Source: an uncultured archaeon
GTDB lineage: Archaea; Aenigmatarchaeota; Aenigmatarchaeia; CG10238-14
NCBI GenBank assembly: GCA_964392445.1
Contig: CAYMPD010000012.1
Location: forward strand, 1 to 34,281
Direction: 5' to 3'
DNA length: 34,281 bases
A model generated the notes under the pieces. It did no database searches. It saw nothing but the letters and a program-made list of their open reading frames with translations, and was not told the DNA's origin. Below are positions 1-9,000 of the stretch, piece by piece (positions within the stretch are counted from its first letter, which is position 1; the number at the start of each line of letters is the position of its first letter). A program made the position numbers and the translations under genes.

Positions 1-2
1 AC

Positions 3-3000
3 TATACTTCAGGAGCTAGGACTGTGTTTGTTACTTTTGATCAGGATGCTCCTAAATGGTCCGACAATAGAACTTCAATCCAAACTCCATTAACATATAT
101 TCCAGATCAGTCTTATCAATTCAATATCACATGGACGGATGATATTGATTTGGATACAGTTTTCATAGAACACAACTTCACTGGATCATCCACACCACAC
201 AACGATTCCTTCACGGGTAGTAACGGCGAAGAATATTACTTCGATGCCCAAGATTTAGCAGCAGGTACTTATGTCTGGAGATCATTTGCCAACGACACTT
301 CCGGTAACGACAACGTCACAGACCAGTGGACTTATACAATAGAGAGAAGAAGCCCCATGAACACAATACTAGCCGCAAACAATATGACTATAACCGCTGG
401 CGGGTCTTACTCGGGGTTTGACACTCCATGGGTTAGCGACTCGGGAATAGTTTCAAATCTTACTGATATAGGAGGTTATTCAGCCCCAGCAGTCTTCAAC
501 AAGGACGGTACCTGGTATTTGATTACTGGTAAAAGTTTAGGTACTTTTGAGGGCAAAAGATGGTCAACATCTGAATCTAATTGGACGGATGATTTATCTA
601 TCATCTCAGGATTAGGGGATGTGGGGTATTATTCAGCCCCAGCAGTCTTCAACAAAGACGGCATATGGTATCTCGTTGCCGGAAACGATTCTGGGCATTT
701 CAGTGGCTTTAGTTGGACTGGACTTAATCCATACTGGCAATCCAATTCTGGTATTACTTCAGGATTACCAGACGTGGGAAGTGATTCAAAACCAACAGTC
801 TTCAACATGGACGGTACCTGGTACCTTATCTCGGGTGGAAAAAGTGGTGTTTTCTATGGTTTTAATTGGACTGGATCTTCTTGGCAGTCCGATTCTAACA
901 TTAATGCCAGTTTAGGGGATGTGGGGTCTCATTCAGCCCCAGCAGTCTTCAACAAAGACGGTACCTGGTATTTGATTTCAGGTGAAGATGATGGTGATTT
1001 CAAAGGCTACAACTGGACTGGTTCATCCTGGCAATCCGATTCTGATATTAATGTCAGTCTCGGTGATGTAGGAAGTAATTCCACCTTTACTGTTTTTAAT
1101 AAAAATGGTTTATGGTATTCTATAGCAGGCAACGGTGAAGGTACTTTCAACGGTTACAATCTTACGGAATCACTAACTGTTCAGACTGGATATCAGGTAC
1201 TTGGTTATGAAAATAACACCGGTGATAGCGGTTGTAATTATACTTTATATAGAAATGGAACCCTTACAAACAACCCAAATACGAGTTACACCCCATCCTA
1301 TTACAACTACAGTTACCATACCTCAGGTTGCAGTAACTACACATCTGGTATGAGGACCTTGTTTGTCGAGTTTACTGATCAAATTTCGCCTAAATCGAGA
1401 AACCAGGGGACAAATGATACTGATAATATTATTAATCGAGGGAGTGCTATTAACCTGACAGCGCAGGGTTATGATAATAGTGCTTTGGATTATGCCATTC
1501 TCTCAACAAATGAAACCGGTATCTGGCAAAATTACACCGATGGTACCCATGGCTCACCGATAGACATGGGAGATGTTTCACAAACATGGAGTTGGTCTAA
1601 TTTCACTTGGGAAAATTCATCCATTTCCTCAAAAACAACAGTTGGATGGAAAATTTACTACAATGATACTAGTGGAAATGAAAATGGGACTGAGATTCAT
1701 ACCTTCCGAATAAATTGTTTAGTACCTTCAGAAAATCTAATCATCAATGATAATGTATTTCTTTGTTCAGGGATTTATTATTTGAACGACACTGATGAAA
1801 ATGGGGTTTTATTAATAAATTCTTCTGACATGATAATAGAATGTAACAAAACTGTCTTGGAAGGGAATTATACAGAATCTTCTATTGGAATAAATCATAC
1901 TAAAGGTTTTGATAACGTCACTATCAAAAATTGTGAAATCAATAAATATGATACTGGGATTTATCTAAAGAATACCAATAACAATACCGTTAGAAATAAT
2001 AATTTCACAAATAATGATGATGATATCCTAATTTGGGATAGTAATGATAATTTACTGAAAGATAATATTCTCTATAATAGTTCAGGTAGTGGAATCTATC
2101 TATATACCGGTTCCAATAATACGGTTCGAAATAACACTATAACTGAAAGTGGAAATGGAATACAAATATATCATGCTTCCGAGAATATTGTCCTTAATAA
2201 TACTATAAACGCTACCTCAGGAATAGGGGTTTATATTGGTTACATATCATCAAGTAATAATATCCTCGAGAATAACACGATAACCTATTCTGACTCATAC
2301 GGTATTGGAGACTTCGATGAATCTGAAAATACCACCATTAGATATAACAATTTAGAACACAATTCATACGGGTTATATCTTTATGATCCGGGTAATAACA
2401 CTACTATAACTCAAAATAATATTTCTTCCAATACCTACGGTGTTATGTTTGATGATCAAGAAAAAACTGATCGTATAATGAGATTAAATAATAATACTAT
2501 ATTTGACAATGAAATTGGACTTTATATAGATTTTTCTACCAATATCTTTGTTAAAGGAGGTTCTATTCATGGGAATACAGAATATGATTATTATTTGAAG
2601 TATGTGAGTTCTCTCTGGGATTACGAAATCATAAATAATACTTTCAGAAACACTAACTTCACATCTTCTAGGAAAATATATTTTAACGACACTAATGTAT
2701 GGTTTTATTATAATAATGATCCTTTAGATGGAATATGGTTAAACACATCCCTAAATCAAGGACGAGAAAATATCACTAGAAGAATTATATCCTGGAATGA
2801 GTCTTTAGTGCAATGGACTGATTCAGGAAATTCGAACGCTAACTATACATTAAGTGGAATGAAAACTTCAACTAAATATTCTATTTTCAATAATTCTATT
2901 TACTTTGACACAAAGACAACAGATGTTGATGGTATTTTACCAAGATTTTCTGTTAATTTATCATCCGAACATGAGATAAAAGTGGAAGAGGATACTGAAA

Positions 3001-6000
3001 GTCCCCTCTGGAACGACACTAATGGTTATTTAGGTAGTAATATGAGTACTCCCTCTCAAGGTGATGCAGTTCTCCTACATAGTATGGGTTATGATGGTTC
3101 TGCTCTAGATTGGGCTTGGATGGAAACAAATGAAACAGGGCAATGGAGGAACTATACTTATATTGAAGACGATTCGGAAGATGCGAATGCATGTTGTAAT
3201 AATACTGATTGTGGTTTAAATTGTTCAAATGCTTATGATGAAGATTGGGGGACCTTATTGGTACCGGATTGTGAAGATACCTGGTATGTATATGAAAATC
3301 ATACCATACCCCCCCATATTAAAAGTGGGAGATGGAAAACTAGAGGAGCCGGATATTTCGGGAGCGATGTAATAGTTTATGTTAGAAATTCCACGGGATG
3401 GCAAGAAATAGGAAGAATAGAAGAGTCTGAAAAAAATCTTACTATTGATATACCTTCAGATGTTTTCAGCTTAGATGTTCTACAGATTAAAACAGAAATA
3501 AACGATACAAGTTGTTTGTTGGGGGGAGGAACTAGCTATTATTATGAAGGTATGGCGCTTTGGAGACCTTATAAAAGCCCAATGTACATGAATGATGCCT
3601 CTCAAATATGGAGCTGGTCTAACTTCACTTGGGAAAATTCGTCCATTTCATTTGGTTCAACGGTTGGATGGAAAATTTACTACAATGATACTAGTGGAAA
3701 TGAAAATGGGACTGATATTAAAACTTTTATTATAACAGACTCAATAATGCCCCAATATTCTAATAACAGTACAAATACAACATCTCCAGATGAGGGTTCT
3801 TCTGTTAAAATTTCCTCGAATTGGACAGATAATGTTGGTCTAGATATAGCTTGGTTATCAACAAACGAAACAGGTCAATGGGAGAACTATAGTTACTCAG
3901 CACCATCAGGTTACAGACCGATTAACATCAACACAACCGCGGGAGAATCCTGGTCCAACTTCACCTGGCAGAACACGTCTTTATCAGCGGGGGATGTAGT
4001 AACATGGAAGATATTTGCGAATGATACTTATGGTAACGAGAATGTTACTGGGGAAAGTACATTCACACTCATCAAACGGTGGTTAGAAGTTAATTTAACA
4101 ACACCGAGAAATTTCACTTCAACTAGTCCATACAATGTCAACCAGAACGACACTTTCAGTGTTTCAGCCACGATTAAGTGCAGAAGTACCCCGTCCGGCT
4201 ACAGTTGCAATGATGTCTACGGTGGAATTAGATATAATGGATCCTCACCGACTGAACCTGACACTATGGTTAATACTAGTGAAGGTGATAAACCTTTTTA
4301 TTTGGTTAATATTTTTGAGGATACTTGGAGGAATGTTACTAGTTTGACGCCGTCTACTGATGATGTGTATTCAATAGAAATTGATGAAAATTACCTCTAC
4401 ATAGGAAATGGGGGTTCAGGGGACGAAGATGTCTACGTTGTAGCAAAAAACTCCACCTGGGATAATATCACTACGCTCCAGGTAATCTCAAGTGATGTGA
4501 GATCAATAACCACCGATGAGAATTATGTTTATGTAGGTGGTTATGGTAATGATGTGAAAGTAATAAAAAAGAATTCCACCTGGGATAATATCACCACCCT
4601 CACCCCAGCCACTAATGCTGTGTTTTCAATAACAACCGACGATAACCATGTTTATATAGGTAGTCTTGACGACAAAGTCCACGTAGTAGCCAAAAACTCA
4701 ACTTGGGATAATATCACTACACTCACCCCAGCCACGAATTGGGTTTATACGATATCAACCGACGACAACTACATCTACATAGGTGGTAATGATGACAATG
4801 TTCACGTAGTAGCCAAAAACTCTACATGGGATAATATCACTACACTCACCCCGGCTACCGATAGTGTGTTTTCAACAACAACCGACGACAACTACGTGTA
4901 TATAGGAGGTTATGATGACAAAGTCCACGTAGTAGCCAAAAACTCCACCTGGGATACTATAACCACTTTATCCCAAGCTACAGATTATGTGAAATCGTTG
5001 ACCACCGACGAAAACTATATTTACATAGGGGATGATAATGGTGAAGTCCACATAGTAGCCAAAAACTCCACCTGGGATACTATAGGTACTCTCACTTTAT
5101 CTACTAGTGCTATTGAGTCGATAAAAACCGACGAGAATTACCTCTACATAGGTGGTAGAGACAACAAAGTCCACGTCGTATCCAAAGCCAACTTAGCAGG
5201 TCAGCACTACAGTGATCCTGTGGGATGGGACCGGGTTGACAGTCCGTGGGTTATCAGCAAACCTGACCCTATGCCACTGACACCGAGAGAGGAACCGGTT
5301 GACCTCAAACAGAACCCAGTCAGTGTTATGGATAAGAACAATAGTGTTTATGAGGATAGGGAGTGGGGGAATGTTACTAGTTTGACACCTGCTTCCACTG
5401 ATATTAATTCACTGACAACCGACGAGAATTATGTTTATATAGGTGCTGATGATACTAACGTTTATGTATATACCAAAAACTCCACCTGGGATAATTTAGC
5501 AACCCTCACCCCAGCTACCAGTAAGGTGAATTCAGTAACAAGCGACGATAATTACATCTACATAGGCAGTGCTGATACCAATGTCTACGTAGTTGCCAAA
5601 AACTCGACTTGGAGTGATATATCTACGTTGTCTTACTCCCCCAGTTATGTTGATCAATTAGTAACCGACGATAACTACATCTACATAGGAAGTGGTAATG
5701 ATGACGTCTACGTAGTTGCCAAAAACTCCACCTGGGATAATATCACTACACTGACTGAACCAACTTCAGGTGTGAAATCAATAACAACCGACGAGAATTA
5801 TGTATATTTAGCTTGCAAAGATGACAATGTCTACGTAGTTGCCAAAAACTCTACATGGAATAATGTCAATACATTAAACATGGCGTTTGCAGATGCGGAA
5901 TTTGTAGCAACCGACGAGAATTATGTCTATATGGCTTATTCTAACGACAATGTCTACGTAGTTGCCAAAAACTCGACTTGGGACAATGTAACTACCCTCA

Positions 6001-9000
6001 CCCCTGCCACGGGCCTTGTGAGGTCAATAACAACCGACGATAACTACGTGTATATAGGAGGTTATGATGACAAAGTCCACGTAGTAGCCAAAAACTCCAC
6101 CTGGGATAACATCACCGCCCTCACCCCAGCCACTAGTAATGTGGATTCAGTAACAACCGACGATAACTACATCTACATAGGTGGTAGTGATGATCATGTT
6201 CACATAGTAGACAAAAGACAATCCCTAACCTACTACCATTCACCAGTCGACAACCCTCAGTCCTTGGGATTAATGTCCGATGGCGACCAGCATCAATTGA
6301 ACTGGACTTTAAACGCAACTGGTTCTCTTGAAATGTACTTAATAGATGCTAACTTTACTTCCTCCGTTAGTGATCTCGCAGAGAATAATACTAACAATAA
6401 TTACATCTGTATAGGTGGTGAATGTATTCCGGGTCCCAAATGGTCAGAAAATAAGACATTTCCATTAACTCCACAAACATATACTTCAGAATCAAACTAT
6501 CAATTTAACGTAACATGGATTGATGATGCAGGGTTGGACACAATCTTCATAGAACACAATTTCACTGGTACAGCCACACCTCATAACGATAGTTTCACCG
6601 GTAATAATGGAGATGAATACTATTTCTCTATCTCTGATTTAGGCGTAGGTACTTATGTTTGGAGGTCATTTGCGAATGATACTAACGGAGAGGGGAATGT
6701 CACTGATCAATGGAATTATACTGTCACTCAAGCAGATTCAGAACCAGGGATGGTACTAACCCTAGATGCAAGTTCCTCCTCATTACAAAACAGGTTATAT
6801 CCAAACAGAACCAATATTCAGGTCTCTGAATCAAACATAGGCGATGGAGGTTGCTCTTATCTATTAGCAGAAAATGGAACTAGTGTAAGTAATGGCACCA
6901 AAAGGCTTGCTGCAAGAAGTTATAACTTCACCTACAACACAACAGGTTGTCAAAATTATACGGATGCTCATAGAGAGATCATATTAATTGTTGGCAAAGG
7001 AGTAGCTCACATCACAATTTCCGGTGTCAGCAATGGGACATATCCAATATCTCAGAATATATATTTTGAGATAAACGATACAAATGGATTAACGGGTTCT
7101 ATTTACTACAATGGAACCATGTTTACCAATAATACCAATCCTGATTTGGGTGCGGGGCTCTGGAATATAACAGCTTATACTTCCGGTAATGAGAATTATA
7201 CTTCCGATTTGACTACATCTTGGAATCAGATTTCTAAGGGGACAAGTGGAGTATCGCTTTTCATCAACGGAACAGAAGGGAACGTTAATATATACAATAA
7301 TACGGCTGTGAACATAACTGTGGTTAATAATGTATCAAGTACAACTGTTTTTATGAACACCAATAGAACGAAATGGTCTCCCTCATCTGATACAACACCT
7401 TATGAAAATACATCAGAAATCATGTATTCTACAGTGGGAGCTAAAATTAATGTTACAGGTTGGTGGGGTGGTAATGAGAACTACACCAGTGATGACCAGA
7501 CGTATTACATTACTCTAGTAGATGAAATAGGTCCACTCTGGAACGAAACTATTGGTTACCTAGATAGCAACATAAGCAATCCTAATCAAGACGAACCAGT
7601 TCTCCTTTACAGTATGGGTTATGATGATACAGCTTTAGATTGGGCTATTCTTTCAACCAATGAAACTGGTAGCTGGGAAAATAAAACTTCTTACTCTTCT
7701 CCTATGGATATGTCCGACACAGCGGTAACGTGGACATGGTCCAACTTCACTTGGAAGAACTCCTCTCTTGTTAAAGGAACAGTAGTTGGATGGAAGGTTT
7801 ATTACAACGACACTAGTGGAAATGAAAATGGGACTGATATTAAGACATTTACAATTAATCAAAATCCAAAGTGGTTAAATAACCTAACATTTCCATTAAC
7901 TCCACAAACATATACTTCAGAATCAAACTATCAATTTAACGTAACATGGATTGATGATGCAGGGTTGGACACAATCTTCATAGAACACAATTTCACTGGT
8001 ACAGCCACACCTCATAACGATAGTTTCACCGGTAATAATGGAGATGAATACTATTTCTCTATCTCTGATTTAGGCGTAGGTACTTATGTTTGGAGGTCAT
8101 TTGCGAATGATACTAACGGAGAGGGGAATGTCACTGATCAATGGAATTATACTGTCACTCAAGCAGATTCAGAACCAGGGATGGTACTAACCCTAGATGC
8201 AAGTTCCTCCTCATTACAAAACAGGTTATATCCAAACAGAACCAATATTCAGGTCTCTGAATCAAACATAGGCGATGGAGGTTGCTCTTATCTATTAGCA
8301 GAAAATGGAACTAGTGTAAGTAATGGCACCAAAAGGCTTGCTGCAAGAAGTTATAACTTCACCTACAACACAACAGGTTGTCAAAATTATACGGATGCTC
8401 ATAGAGAGATCATATTAATTGTTGGCAAAGGAGTAGCTCACATCACAATTTCCGGTGTCAGCAATGGGACATATCCAATATCTCAGAATATATATTTTGA
8501 GATAAACGATACAAATGGATTAACGGGTTCTATTTACTACAATGGAACCATGTTTACCAATAATACCAATCCTGATTTGGGTGCGGGGCTCTGGAATATA
8601 ACAGCTTATACTTCCGGTAATGAGAATTATACTTCCGATTTGACTACATCTTGGAATCAGATTTCTAAGGGGGTACCTACATTTTCGACATTCATTTTCT
8701 CTCCGATCGCCTATGAAACACTATCTAATTACTCAGGTTCAGAGTCCAATAGTGGTGATTCGGACTGCACCTACACTCTACTAAGGAATGGTTCATCAAT
8801 CGGAACAGGATCATCAATCTCCGATAGAGATTTACTAGGTGTAAGAGCGTACAATTACACCTACTATACTGATGGTTGTACAAATTTTACTGTAAGTCAG
8901 GATGAACAAATATTGGAGGTAAACCAAAAAATACCCAACTGTACACTTTATATCAATGGTTCAACAGAAAATCAATCATACTACTCTGGACAAATAGTGA

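Noticed and set aside
4326-6224. Regularly spaced ~30-bp nucleotide repeats resembling a CRISPR array
   Set aside because: The period is 123 bp, in frame within an open ORF, and the 'spacers' are homologous coding blades. No cas genes are present.
429-8672. Diversity-generating retroelement acting on the repeats
   Set aside because: No reverse transcriptase or Avd in the window, and differences between repeats are not confined to adenines.
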